Assembly (NCBI RefSeq): GCF_963921235.1
Contig: NC_086097.1
Coordinates: 206,152,001 to 206,216,000, forward strand
Source: Mobula hypostoma
Taxonomy: Eukaryota
Direction: 5' to 3'
DNA: 64,000 nucleotides
Shown here: positions 1-12,721 of the stretch, in pieces
How the letters are laid out: each line of letters begins with the position of its first letter
Numbering within the stretch: the first letter of the stretch is position 1
Position numbers and translations under genes: made by a program
Notes under the pieces: model-generated
Database searches by the model: none
What the model saw: only the letters and a program-made list of their open reading frames with translations
Told to the model about the DNA's origin: nothing

Positions 1-144
1 CTATAATTTCCTCTTTTATTTTTACGGCCTACATTAAATGGCAAGTGCTATTTGCCACTTAACAATTCATTTCTGAGTGCTGTTTTGCTTACGCTGTATG
101 AGTGGAAATACAACTTTGAACCATGCAATCATCTTAGATTATGC

Positions 145-2472
145 TATCCTAGATTGTATAATAACCCAGGTCTTATTAGAGAGCTTAACCTAAAGGAACC
201 CTTAGTAGGCAGTGGTCTCAATATGATTGAGGTCAGACTGCAATTTCTGAGGAAGAAGCATAGTTACATGTATCAGTATCACAGTGGAATAAAGGGAATT
301 ACAGAGGCATGAGAGAGGAGCTTGCCCAAGTGGAATGGTTGAGGATACTGATGGGAATGACGACAGAGCAGAGATTGCTGAAGTTTCTGGGAAAGGTTCA
401 CAAGGTGCATGATAGATATGTCCCACAGAAGAAGTTGTTCTCAAATGGCAGGGGTAGGCAATTGTGACAAAGGAAGTTAAGGCCTGTATAAAAGCCAAGG
501 AAAGGGCATATAAGGTAGCAAAAGTGATTGGGGAGTTGCATGATTGGGAAACTTTTAAAATCGAACAAAGGGCAACTAAGAAAGCTATAAGAAGGGAAAA
601 GATGAAATATGAATGCAAACTAGCCAATAATATAAAGTAGGATACTAAAAGATTTCTTTTTTCAGTTATATAAAGAGTAAAAAGGAGGTGAGAGTTGATA
701 TTGGACCACTAGAAAATGATGTCGGTGAGATAATAATAGGGGACAAAGAAATGGTAGATGAACTTACTGAGTACTTTGCATCAGTCTTCACTATGGAAGA
801 CACCAGCACTGTGCCAGAAGTCCGTGAGTGTCTGGGAGCAGGAGTTAGTGCCATTGCTATTACAAAGGAAAAGATGCAAGGCAAACTCAAAGGTCTGAAG
901 GTGGATAAGTCACCTGGACCAGACAGATAACATCCCAGAGTCCTGAAAGAGGTTGCTGAAAAGATAACAAATGCATTAGTCACGATCTTTCAAGAATCAC
1001 TTGATTCTGGCATAGTCCCAGAATGGAAAATTGCAAATGTCACTCCACTCTTTAAGAAGGGAGAAAGGCAAAAGAAAAGAAATTATAGGCCAGTTAGCCT
1101 AACCTCAGTGAATGGCAAAGTATTGGAGTCTATTATTAAGGATGAGGATTCAGGGTATTTGGAGACTAATGATAAAATAAGTCAAAGTCAGCATGGTTTC
1201 TGTGAAGGGAAATCTTGCCTGACAAATCTGTTAGAGCTCTTTGAGGAAGTTATCGGCATGGTGGACAAAGGAGAGGCAGTGAAAATCATTTACTTGGATT
1301 TTCAGTAGGCAATTGATAAGGCGCCACATATGAAGCTGCTTAACAAGATAATATCCTAAGGCATTACAGGAAGAAGATACTGGCATGGATAGAAGAATGG
1401 CTGATAGCAAGAAGGCAGTGAGTGGGAATAAAGGGGGCCCTTTCTGATTGGCTGCCAGGGACTAGTGGTGTCCCTCAGGAGTCAGTATTGGGACTGCTAC
1501 TTTTCACATTGCTTGTCAATGATATAGATAATGGAATTGATTGCTTTGTGGCAAAGTTTGCGGAAGATACAAAGATAGATGGAGTGGTAGGCAGTGCTGA
1601 GGAAGCAATGCAATTGCAGCAGGACTTAGACAAATTGGAAGAATGGGCAAAAAAGTGGCAGATGGAATACAAATTTGGGAAATGTGATATTGCATTTTGG
1701 CAAAAGGAACAATAGTGCGGACTATTATCTAAATAGGGAAACATTCAAACATCAAAGGTGCAGAGGGACTTAGGACTCCTCATATGAGACTCCTAGAAGG
1801 TTAATTTTCAGGTTGAATCTGTGGTAAAGATGGCAAGTGCAATGTTGGTATTTATTTCGAGGGGAATAGAATATAAGAGCAAGGAAATAATGCTGAGGCT
1901 TTATAAGACAATATTCAGGCCGCACTTGGAGTATCGTCAACAGTTTTGGGCCCCGTATCGCAGAACGATGTGTTGTCTTTGGAGAGAGTCCAGAGGAGGT
2001 TCACGAGGATGATTCCTGGAATGAAGGGGTTAGCATCTGAGGAGAGTTTAGCTGCTTTGGGCCTGTACTCATTGGAATTTAGAAGAATGAGTTATCTCAT
2101 TGAAGCCTGCTGAATGTTGAAAGGACCAGATAGGGTGGATGCGGAGACGATGTTTCCTATGGTGGATGTATCCAAAACTAGAGGGCACAGCCTTAAAATT
2201 GTGGGGTGACCTTTTAAAACAGCGGTAAGGAGGAATTTTTTTAGCTGGAGAGTAGTGAATCTGTGGAATGCTCTGCTAAAGACTGCAGTAGAAGCCAAGT
2301 CTGTGGGTATATTTAGGGTGGAAGTTGATAGTTTCCTGATTGGTCACAGCTGAGAAGGCAGGTGTATGGGGTTGAATACAATCCATGATCAGCCATGATG
2401 GGATGGCAGAGCAGACTTGATGGGCTGAATGGCCTAATTCTACTCACATGTTTTATGGTCTCATGGTCTTAT
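145..2472 (+). mobile_element. CR1-type LINE, 5'-truncated, decayed ORF2
   Basis: ORF fragments carry KSPGPD, SQHGF..GKSCLTNL, YLDF, SGVPQESVLG, KFAEDTK and RPHLEY. The 3' tail is ATGGTCTCATGGTCTT. Many stops and frameshifts. Confidence 0.9.
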
Positions 2473-2589
2473 CAGCAAACATTCCACATTTGAAAAGATG
2501 AAGAGAAGGTCATTAATGAATCACCTGGAGGTGTTTTGACATTTGACACTGCCCTGAACAAATCCTGGAACAATGTCCTGGGATAAAGA

Positions 2590-2742
2590 TAAAGTGCTGG
2601 AAATAATCTAGTCATGGAGTTTCACAACAGATGCTGTTCCATCTGGAACATTAACTCTGTTTTTCTCTGTTTCAACAGATACTGCCTTACTGAGAATTTC
2701 CAGCTTTTTCTGTTTTATTTTAGATTTTCAGCACCTGCAATT
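2590..2742. repeat. Old Penelope-terminal-repeat-derived fragment with inverted arms
   Basis: GTGCTGGAAATA near 2593 is inverted relative to ATTTCCAGC near 2697. It ends in AGATTTTCAGCACCTGCA, like the PLE termini elsewhere in the window. Confidence 0.45.
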
Positions 2743-3229
2743 GTATGACACAACCATATTCTTTATTATCACTGTAGTCAACATAGTAACTCCAATGAAT
2801 ACACACAACTTGCAATCTCCTCATTAGTATTTCACGTCAAAGTGTACAGTGTAGCTGGAGATAAGATGTCAAGTATCCCCATCAGGCTTGGGATCAGAGA
2901 CTTTCTACCAAGGAACAGGCTGAATCAAGAGTTTGGCTTAGGTACAAAGACTGAGACAATGGATCTCCAATTGGTGAGCAGGATTTTATAAGTGGCTGAG
3001 TGACCAAACACTATGTCGAGGAAAATGCTGTCTGTTTGTCTGCTAATGTATTACCAGTGGACTGGTGATGGGTGAAGGAAGTAAAAAAGATCGACGTTAG
3101 AGAAACAAGACTGGACAGAAGAACTTAGAAGTTTCAGTAGAAGATGTCCGAAAGAAGGATCACCAAAGGCAATGAGGCAACAATTTCAGAGAATAATCAA
3201 CACAAGGAAGAAGTAATTTCTCACATCTA

Positions 3230-3772
3230 TACTCAGTGGTCACTTTAATAGATACACCTGTGCACCTGTTCATTAATGCAGATATCTAATCAGCTAACTG
3301 TGTAGCAGCAACTTAATGCATAAAACCATGCACACATGGTCAAGAGGTTCAGTTGTTGTTCAGACCAATATAATAATGAGGAAGAAATGTTATCCAGGTG
3401 ACTTTGACAGTAGAATGATTGTTGGTGCCAGACAGAATTGTTGATCATAAACTGCTGATCTCCTGGGATTTTCACACACACAACAGTCTCCAGAGTTTAT
3501 GGAGAATGGTGTGAAAAACAAACAAAAAATTCATGCAGTAAGTGGCAGCTCTGTGGATGAAAATACCTTGTTAATAAAAGAGGTCAGAGGAGAATGGCCA
3601 GACTGGTTCAAATTGGCTGGAAGCTGAAAGTATCTCAGCATTACAACAGTGGTGTGCTCTTTTGCATGTACAACATGAATGTACAACATGTCAAACCTTG
3701 AAATGGATGGGCTATGGCAGCGGAAGACCACACCAGGTTCTACTCCTATACCTAATGAAGTGTCACTGAGTG
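3230..3772 (+). mobile_element. Non-autonomous Tc1-like DNA transposon
   Basis: TIRs TACTCAGTGGTCACTTTAATAGATACA / TATACCTAATGAAGTGTCACTGAGTG, TA on the left flank, and an internal remnant of a transposase N-terminus. Confidence 0.75.
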
Positions 3773-5419
3773 TGGGTCTGGGAGTCAAAACAAAAATTTC
3801 ACAAGTGTGTCACCTAGTCGACAATAGTAGAAACTTCTTAGAATCAAGTCTTTGTGCAGGTTCATTTAAAATAGTTGAGAGAAGTTCTATCCAGGTGCGG
3901 AGGACACTGAAATTCCAATATTGCATCTATAAGGTAGATGACATCAATTTTCAAGATTCCTTTGCAAATTCAACATAAGTGGAGGAAAAATCAAATGAAG
4001 TTATCTGGTAGACATGGATTCCCTTGTCCAGCTATCTATGCCTAAGCACAGATATGGGGCAATTTTCCAGAGAAGCATGCATGGCCTTAAAAGATCTAGC
4101 ATTAGATGCTGTATCTCAATGACATAACTTCAATCTATCAATTTTTTAACCCTTGACTCTACAATCTCCACAGAATAAAGGGAGATGAGGTATGCAGACA
4201 ATATGACAATGCAATGATGGACTTTCACCCTAAACCTCCAGAGTGAAACGAGGAACTTAATTTAAATACTGTACCACAATACAAATTTGCTAAGGCAAAG
4301 GAAAGGGAAAAGGTAGTTACTGCATCAAGATGCTAAGTGCTTTTTTGTAACACTTCATGGGATCCTTATTCAGTAGTGTATAATTTGAAAAGGTGTTGAA
4401 TGTCTTCCTAACCTCCAGCTGGATATTATCAAAGGGGCTAATTATAACTTCTATTGTCAACGGGTAAGCAGGTCATTACCAGTATTTTTTACTCCTTTTG
4501 AAGAAGAAAATTGGTGCATAAAGTAGGACACAACTTACCTCTCTTCATATTTGGCTTGGCTGCAAAAGTTAAAGTGCTCCTCTACTCTAAAATTTCTATC
4601 CATTAGATTTGTAATCTCCATGGAAAATCATATTTGGCTAGTATAATCTTCCCTTCTGAAACCATGTTTTCTCAGCTGTTTGCTTGTTGTTTTCTCTGTT
4701 TAATACCTTCAGAACCTTTTCCTAAGCAGCAGCAAAGAGTACAGGCCTGTCGTTTGACAGCTCGGATATTGGTTCAGTTTAAAGATAGGAACACCTTTTT
4801 CCTATTTTCCATTCGGTTGAACCAAATGACTGAATGATTTGAATCCATACCTTCAAAAATGCAAGAGGAAAAAAATTCAAAGATAGACCCACCTTCAGTT
4901 TTAACAATTACCTAAGTAGTGGTCCTGAGATTTTATATAGATACATGGGATATATGACATGGGAATGGTCCATTCAGCCCAAATTGTTCAATATAGCCTT
5001 CTATCTAAATCCACCTATTTATTTCTCTGTTTCTTTCTCCCTTATTTACTTGTTTAGCCTCCCCTTATAAATATCTACAAAAATTCAACCACTCTCTCTG
5101 GCAATGGGTCCTTCATTCATTAAATACAGAGCATTTTTTAACCTTGACATTTGATTATTTTAGTGCCTATTGAGCCTATACTCAAATAAATCAAAAAATT
5201 ATTTTTTAAATTCTGATTTTATTCTTACTCATAAATATTTTGATGTTTTTTCTTATGAATGCTACTTACATGATACTATGTGCTGTGATGTTACTGCATG
5301 CAAGTTTTTTGGTGCACCTGTGCATAGAGTTATTTGTGCATATGACAATAAACGTAACTTTAAATTTGACTAATTTTTTCATGTTTCCTATCTTGCCTCC
5401 TCCCCCTACCACGTTCCCT

Positions 5420-5505
5420 TCTGCTGTCAAGAATTCACCATTCACCTACAAACTAAGGTCAATTTACTGTGACCAATTAACATACAGCCCACATGTCTTT
5501 TGAAC
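5420..5505 (-). mobile_element. Probable V-SINE (HE1-like) fragment
   Basis: GGTCAATTTACTGTGACCAATTAACATACAGCCCACATGTCTTT resembles the reverse of the V-SINE central domain (recalled, not searched). Confidence 0.4.
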
Positions 5506-6029
5506 ATAAGATGTCCTTTTTAAAATAGGTATTACATTAGCTGTCTACCAGCCCTCGAGTACCATATTTTCTTCTAACAAATAATTAAAAATGTGTATAC
5601 TGCTGCTATCTCTTCCCTACATTATTTTGCAAATGCATAGTTGCACAGTATAATTCATCAGGAATTCTTTCCCAAACCAGCCCTTTAGCCACGTTAGTTT
5701 TCTTATCTATTTCTAAGTCAATTTTCATGTAATTCAGCCAATCATCTTTTTTTGTGTGTGTGTTGTGCGCATGTGCACGCGCATCGGCAGAATCTACTGC
5801 TGGTAAGCCACTGGAATTCAGTGGTCAATTGCCCTGAGCACATTCATTCTTGCATTAGGATTCCAAGCCCTGTTTCCACTTGGATCACCAGTACAGTACA
5901 GGACATATCTGAATATAAGTGGCATGGCAGACTCTGCTCCTTTCATTGTCTTGACTAACAGTCGTTCCATGTCCCAAGGCTTATTAGTTGTTAATGTCAG
6001 TAAAATTTAATGATCCTGAAAGTTTTAGA

Positions 6030-7610
6030 CATTTCAAGACAGTTTAATGTAATTTCCAGTACACAAGTGTAAAGAATGAAATAATTGTTACTCCAGTCCG
6101 ATGCAGCACAGAAAAGCACATTAAGATAAAGAACACAGTAATAAAAAAGCAGAATAAATATAAATACATAAGATAGTTTATATACATAGATTGATTGTAC
6201 ATACATGAAGTAACATGAGGCACAGGAGTGTCTGTACATAAAGTGACTCTGACAGGAAATGATAAAGTATTGGTGGGGAGGGTGGGGGTATTGATCAGCC
6301 TAACTGCTTGGGGAAAGTAATGGATTTTGATTCTGGTGTCCTATGTTGCCTCCTCCCTGTTGGAAGTGGCAAACAGTCCATGAGCAGAGTGGGTAGGATC
6401 CTTCATGATATTGCTGCCCTTTTTCTGGCACCTCTGTATCTATGTCCTTGATGGCAGGTAGGCTGATGCTGGTGATGAGTTGGGTAGTTTTGACTACCCA
6501 CTGTAGAGCTTTCCGGTCCTCTGCAGTGAAGATTCCGTACCATGTTAGAAAGCTCTCGACTGTGCATCAGAACAAGCTCAGGAGTATTGCAGTGCGAGGT
6601 CCAACTCTCTTCAGCTTCCTCAGAAAGTAGAGGCATTGGAACTTTTCTGCCTAAAATGTGTTCTGGGACCAATGGAGGTTATGCGAGATATGCTCTCACA
6701 GGAGTTTAAACAGCTCGCGGTTTCCACAGTTGTGCTGCCAGTGTAAAGAGGGATGTGAGTGGTGCTAGTTCTCCTGAAGTCGATAATCATCTCTTTTGTC
6801 TTGTTTGACTGGCACCAGGTTCCTCACCTCTCTGTCAGATATTCATCATTGCTGGTGATGAGCCCCACAACTGTCATGTCATCGGCAAACTTGACAATGT
6901 AATCCTTATGAAAGGTCTTGGTCTGAAATGTCGACTGTACTCTTTTCCTGTGGCTTGGATTTCTGCAATCTGCAGATTTTCTCTTGAATGATTATTCAGA
7001 TGTTTGGCCATGGAGTCATGTGTGAGCAGAGTACACTGCAGTGGGCTCAGCTACAGCCCGCCGGGGGGGGGGGCACCTGTGTTGAGGATGATGGGGAGGG
7101 AGCACCTGCTGTGCATCTTGACTGTCTGAGTTCTGTTGTTTATGAAGTCCAGCATCCTGTTGCACAGTGGTATATCTAAACTGTGCAGTCAGAGTTTATT
7201 CACCTATGTGGACAGTTGCATTGAATGGCAAACTGAAATCCAGAAACAGCATTCTGACGTAAGTTTCCTTGTTTTCTAGCTGTGCCAGGAATAGGTGCAT
7301 GACAGGTGTAATGTATCTGTTGTACAGCAATTCTGTTGGCAAGCATATTGGTGAGTGTCCAGTGTGCCAAAAATGGAGTTTTCAAGATAACTAGCTGTTC
7401 AAAACACTTCAAGATGATTGTCATCAGTGCTACAGGGCAGTAAGTGTTCAGTTCTGAAGGTGTAGAGTCCCTCAGTACAAGGATGAGGGTGGCTGATTTG
7501 AAGCACGTGGAGACAGCAGTCTGGATCAGTGAAATGTTGAAGGTGTCTGTGAAGACGTCAGTGAGCTGGTGTGCACAGTCCGAGTACTCAGCCTGGCATG
7601 TTGTCTGTGC
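6030..7610 (-). mobile_element. Rex1/Babar-type LINE, decayed
   Basis: Minus-strand RT remnants (MTIILKCFEQLV, KFADD, FLRK). Interrupted by a PLE terminal fragment at 6901-6986. Confidence 0.8.
6901..6986 (+). mobile_element. Penelope terminal-repeat fragment with degenerate hammerhead motif
   Basis: CTTATGA-AAGGTCTTGGTCT-GAAA-TGTC-GACTG followed by the PLE 3' end TCTGCAGATTTTCTCTTG. The host Rex1 sequence resumes after it. Confidence 0.75.
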
Positions 7611-8001
7611 AGAGTTTTAAAAAAATTAAAAATACTCAAGACACCATTAATAAAAGAAACTGGTGTTGGTGTTTTTAAACTTAAAACTGTTACAGACTCA
7701 CAGAAAATTTACTATTTCATTGTGACATTGTCTTCTTACCTATTATAATTATCTTAATTAAATAAAAGGGGAATTAATTTGTAGTTACCATTCCTTCTAC
7801 AGTCTTAGTGTGTTCACACATTAGACTTTATTAAGCTCCTGACAGTGCGACATATGGACCCTGTGAGCATGATTAGCTAAGCAGCACACTGGTCCTCAGA
7901 AGCCCTGAGATGCTGACCAGCTGAGGAGGTAAAATCCAACATATTCAAATAGCTTTTAAAAGGAAGTTCCTTGCTTCTCCCCACCTATCATGCAACGATT
8001 C

Positions 8002-8030
8002 TGCAGCAGTTTCGCCTGTAGATGGAGCTG
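8002..8030 (+). promoter_or_regulatory. Candidate CTCF site
   Basis: CCTGTAGATGGAGCT at 8015-8029 resembles the CTCF core. A TGCAG upstream-type motif is at 8002-8006. Motif match only. Confidence 0.35.
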
Positions 8031-8360
8031 TTTTAAACATTACATAGCCACATGGAAGATGTTCCTTGTTCTTAAAATAAATTCAGTCTCCAATTGGACA
8101 ATTTTTTTTTAGAAAATAAAGTGGAAACGATTTACATCAATTGACTGAATTGTATATAAACTGTTGCAATTTTCTGGCATTAAATAGTGATCTACAGTAG
8201 AGCTTGCAATCCAATGGCTGCAAAAGGTACCAATGGAGTTGTTTGTTTTATTAGTGCCATTCTGCTGGCACTTCTTATAATGATAAACTTTAATTTACAT
8301 CTGAGTGTGCAAAAGGCAAGTATTATAGAGCTGTCACAACCAAAACACAAGAATATCAAT

Positions 8361-8366
8361 TTTATT
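8361..8366 (-). terminator. Probable pcmtd1 polyadenylation signal
   Basis: Minus-strand AATAAA with TGTA upstream and a GU-rich TTGTGTTTTGG downstream, about 1.45 kb after the stop codon. A second AATAAA is at 8247-8252. Confidence 0.55.
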
Positions 8367-9810
8367 GCAAAATATTTCCCAAATCAATGTACATAAGCAA
8401 CTTATTCATTTAAATTGAGCTTTCATAGAATTGTAATTCAGCTGAAAAATACTAATTGTATGAAATGAAACCAACCATATTTCCAACACCAAAAGCAACA
8501 CTTCTAAACAGGAATTTATATTTCTTGATCAAAAAGTTACAGAAAATTATGTAACTATGAAAATACATCTATTGTCTTAAACTACTGTATAATAGATCAA
8601 ATGACAGTGCAGGGGGGGAAAGAATTTCAATGTCTGTACAAAAAGTCTAATATTTACCTGAATATCACTCCAAGTTTTATCACCAGGTTCACAATCCATA
8701 ATGGATTAATCACCTTGGTATATCGTAATAATCTACTGTACATGGCATAAAGAAAATATCCCTCTGTGTCCTCTCCCTGAGCTGTACACCAACTAAGAAA
8801 TCAGGAGAGGTGCAAATGAGCAAATATTTTAGTAAGCAACTCAATGGCTGCAGTATTTGCCTGACTCAACATTTTTGCAAATTTGCTACATAATCCCTAA
8901 TATCCCAGAGTATTTGTTTAAGTATTTGTTACTATCCCAAAATAATTTCAAAGCAATAAAGGTAACAGCATTTCACTTTTCTAACACTGGAAGAACAGAA
9001 TTAGAAAATAATAAGCCACAAAACAAGTTTTTGTCAAAAAGTTTAAAAGTCTTGGCAAGCTTAAATTTTTGAGTTCTAAAGTGCATTGCTATATAAGCAC
9101 ATTGTATAAGGTTTTGAGTCTAAACATAACAGAAATTAATATCCATTTGCAGAACCTGCCAGATATTATTTGTGGGAATAGCTACTGGTAAGTAGTTGTA
9201 CAAGTACCAACAACTGCTGGTACAGCTAAATCCATATATTGAAACCAAGCTTTTCCAAGAGGACAGTTTTTTGTATTGCAATAAAAAAAACTTTCCTTAG
9301 ATTGAGAGCTTTTGAAGTTAAACAAATACATTGCTTTATGTCTGTTATTTATGGTATGTCCCACGTGCTTGACTAACCAAGGGAAGTGTTAACATTTTAA
9401 GTAAACCTGCAAATATGATTAATCTAGTTATATTGAATGATGCTCACCATTTAAATGTTTAAAATGTTACACAACTTTAAAAATAACATACATTTCAGCT
9501 CATCTTAGAAAATACGAAATCATTCACCTTCTCAAAATGTTACTCTCATACAAATATGTACAATATGAAGATTTGCTTGAATTTTCAAATATGCATACAG
9601 CATTTTAACATTTCCTTTGCTAGTGAAGGGACTTAATAAGTTATCCTTAGTCAATGAATTAAAAGTAATCACCAATCTGTAATATGGTTTATCATTGAAC
9701 TTTTTATATTCAAACTGCTTTTTGGGAGTGATTATATGAAAAAAATGCTACAGTTGAAACCTCAAACAGACACATCAGTGGACAAAACTTAAGATTATTT
9801 TTGTTCAGTG

Positions 9811-10181
9811 CTACTTTTGTCTATAAAATGTCAGGTATGCTTTCAAAGATTCCGGTAGTGGCAAACTCAGAATTCTCTCCCGAAGCAAATTTGGAGGAGC
9901 TTCTTCCTGTTTGAGACCTTCATTTAACTCTTTTTCTTCCTCCTCTCTGTTCTCTTCTTCCATTTTGTCTTCATCATCACTGTCAAACTGCTGTGGTATC
10001 AACTGATTGCCTACAAACACGTAGGTATCAATTTTATGTCTGCGGACCTTCTTGCGTTTCCGTTTAGGTGCAGCCTTCTGAAGACTGTTCTTGGCCTGTG
10101 TCTCTTGATTTATCAAGTTTCTAAGATTGCGACGAATGTAAATTCTTGCCAAGTCCTGCAGGCATCTTACAGTTACTGGTG
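9811..10181 (-). CDS. pcmtd1: PCMTD1 last coding exon (split SOCS box, basic NLS-like and acidic tracts)
   Basis: PVTVRCLQDLARIYIRR...PKRKRKK...TYVFVGNQLIPQ...LPLPESLKAYLTFYRQK*. YVFVGNQLIPQ distinguishes PCMTD1 from PCMTD2. Acceptor tttcaatag, phase 1, TAG at 9811-9813. Confidence 0.96.
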
Positions 10182-10586
10182 CTATTGAAACAACATATAA
10201 CATATTTATTTAATTTATGCATTATGCTACTTTATTACTTTGGCAATGTACACAATAGGTCAAGCTATGTATATATTCCTCAGATAAAGTGGAATTAACG
10301 AGTGTGGAACATTAGTCCTAGCCATATGCATGCAAGTTAAATACATTTTTAAAATTTTATTTTAACCATTCTACTTAGATTTTCAGTATAAAACCAAAAA
10401 AGAGCCATGTCACAGTAAACTGTTCCACCATTAGTGAAATTCACCAGAAGGTGTGATAAGAGCTCAACTGAACAATAAGTATGGACAAAAGAAAATAAGA
10501 GATTTGCAGATACTGGAAATCCCAAGCAACACACATAAAATGCTGGAGGAACTTAGCAAGTCACCAGCTGCTATTGAGGTAAGAAG

Positions 10587-10624
10587 CAGTTGACATTTTG
10601 GGCCAAGACCCTTCATCAGGACTG
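10587..10624 (-). ncRNA. Minimal type I hammerhead ribozyme motif (degenerate)
   Basis: Minus strand reads CAGTC-CTGATGA-A-GGGTCTTGGCCC-AAAA-TGTC-AACTG. The CUGAUGA box is intact and GAAA is mutated to AAAA at a CpG. Confidence 0.7.
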
Positions 10625-10930
10625 GAAAGGAGAAGGAAGTAGTCAGAATAAGAAATTGAGGGAAGGGAAGGAATACAAGCCTGCAGGTGATAGGTGAATC
10701 CAGGTGAGAGGGGAAGGTAGGTTTGTGGAGGGACAATAAATGAAAAGCTGGGAAATCATAGGTGGGGGGGAGAAAAACAAAGGGCTGAAGATGAACCCTC
10801 CTCTCCTATCAGATTCCTTCTTCTTCAGCCCTTTACCTTCCCTCCTCCTCACCTGGCTTCACCCATCACCTGCCAGCTTATACACTTTCCTTTTCCCCCA
10901 CCTTATTCTGACTTCTTCCCCCTTCCTTTC

Positions 10931-10968
10931 CAGTCCTGATAAAGAGTTTCAGGCTGAAACGTCAACTG
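10931..10968 (+). ncRNA. Minimal type I hammerhead ribozyme motif (degenerate)
   Basis: CAGTC-CTGATAA-AGAGTTTCAGGCT-GAAA-CGTC-AACTG. GAAACGTC is intact and the first box is mutated. Confidence 0.65.
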
Positions 10969-11085
10969 CTTATTCCCCTCCATAGATGCTGCCTGACCTC
11001 CTAAGTTCCTGCAGCATTTTGTATGTGTTGCCAGGTTAAATTAAGTATTCCATTTGATTGTGGTGTATCCCGAAAATAATAAATA

Positions 11086-12709
11086 CAGTGCCTTGGAAAA
11101 GTACTTAAACCCCAACCCTTTGGCCACACAGTGCCTTAAAAAAAATACTCAGCCCCCACAATTATTTTCACATTTTACTATCTCATTTTCTAAACTTAAA
11201 ATATATTGAAGTTGGATTTTTGAGCTAATCTACAAAACAATGTACATCATGTCAAATCAAAAAAAAACTCTAAAACTGGTCAACAATTTACTAAAAATTT
11301 AAAACCAAAATTGAGAGGTTGAAAAAGTATTTGTCCCATTTATAATTACGACACTAACGTTCCTCAGGTGCAATCCTGTATATTACCCTACCAACTCACC
11401 CAATTTGTTGATGCAGAAAATTGGAGGATCACCTGAATAAATACGTATCCCATCTGTCTTTAAGTTCCAAAAGTATGGTAGACTATCAACAGACCAAACC
11501 AATTAAGAAGACAAAAGAACATTCAAGACCAAGTCAGGGAAATGATAATAGGGAAGCACAAACCTTGGGAAATACCTCAAGGTACTGAAAATACCTTGAA
11601 GCTCAGTGTAATCCATCATGAAAAAGTAAAAAAAAGTGAAACCACTGTCACATTGCCTAGGTCAGATCACCCCTCTCAACTTAGAGAAAAATGGTACTTG
11701 TTGGAGAAGTTACAAGATGCCAACAGTCACTCAGAATGAGCTGCAGAAGTCAGTCGCCAGAACTGGAGATAAAGTTCATGGCTCCACAATCTCCAAGGCC
11801 TTGCACAAAAAGGGTATTTATGGAAGAGTAGCAAGGAATAAGTCCTGGCTCAAAAAAAAAGCCTATCCTACCCCGTATAGACTTTGCAAAGCATCACTTA
11901 GAAGATAATATCAAGATGTGGAAGGTCTTGTGGTCAGATGAGAATAAAGTGGAACTTTTTGGCCTGAACACTGAGCGTTACGTATGGTGCAAATCTAATG
12001 CTGCACATCAGCCAGGTAACACCATCCCTATGGTGTATGGTGGAGGTAGCATCATGCGATGGTTTGCTTTTCAGCAGAATGGACAGGAAATCTTGTCAGA
12101 ATTGATGGGAAGGTTAATGCTGCTAAATACAGAGAGATCCTGATAAAAACCTGCTGGCCTCTTTCAGAAAACTTAAATGGTGTAGTAAGTTCATCTTTCA
12201 GCAAGACAAAGCACACTGCCAGAGCAACCATGGATGGTTTTAAATGAAAAAAAACTGATGTCCTTAAGTGGCCCAGTCAGAGTCCTGACTTTAACCCGTT
12301 TGAACATCTCTGGCAAAACCTCAAAGCTTCTATCCACTGCTGCTCCCCAACTAACCTGACACAGCTTGAGCAATTTTACAAGGAAGAATGGTCAAATCTT
12401 GCTCCATCATGTTGTGCAAAGCTAACAGACACTTATCCAAAAAGACTACTGGCTGTAATAGCTGTGTGAAGTGGCTCAACTAACAAGTAAGCAAAGGGGG
12501 ATGAATAATTTAAAATGCTAACTTTTTTATTTTTGATATTTTAGTTTTTCATGCTTTACAATTTTCCCTGGTTCTTGGACTCTACTGTGAAAAAAGGAGC
12601 ATGTGATTTCACAAATAAAAATTCTCAGTTAAATTAATCAAACTCCCTGGTTTTAATACTTATTTATGTGAACAGAGGGTTGGGGGATGAATACTTTTAC
12701 AGGGTACTG
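11086..12709 (+). mobile_element. Tc1 (IR/DR-type) transposon with frameshifted transposase
   Basis: TA-CAGTG...TACTG-TA ends. Transposase fragments at 11540-12490 include VHGSTISKALH, VLWSDENKVELFG and YGGGSIM. Inner direct repeats lie near 11320 and 12495. Confidence 0.9.
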
Positions 12710-12721
12710 TAAATGAAGTCA

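Larger units (their letters stand above)
10490..11035. mobile_element. Non-autonomous Penelope derivative made of two inverted terminal repeats
   Basis: The left arm (minus, about 10490-10793) and right arm (plus, about 10795-11035) are reverse complements. Both match the 3' end of the PLE at 16800-17105. Confidence 0.85.

Noticed and set aside
10182..10203. ORF-track N-terminus MLYVVSIA for the PCMTD1 last exon
   Set aside because: It is intronic read-through upstream of the AG acceptor at 10183-10182. The same applies to the extensions of ORF 27496-27831.
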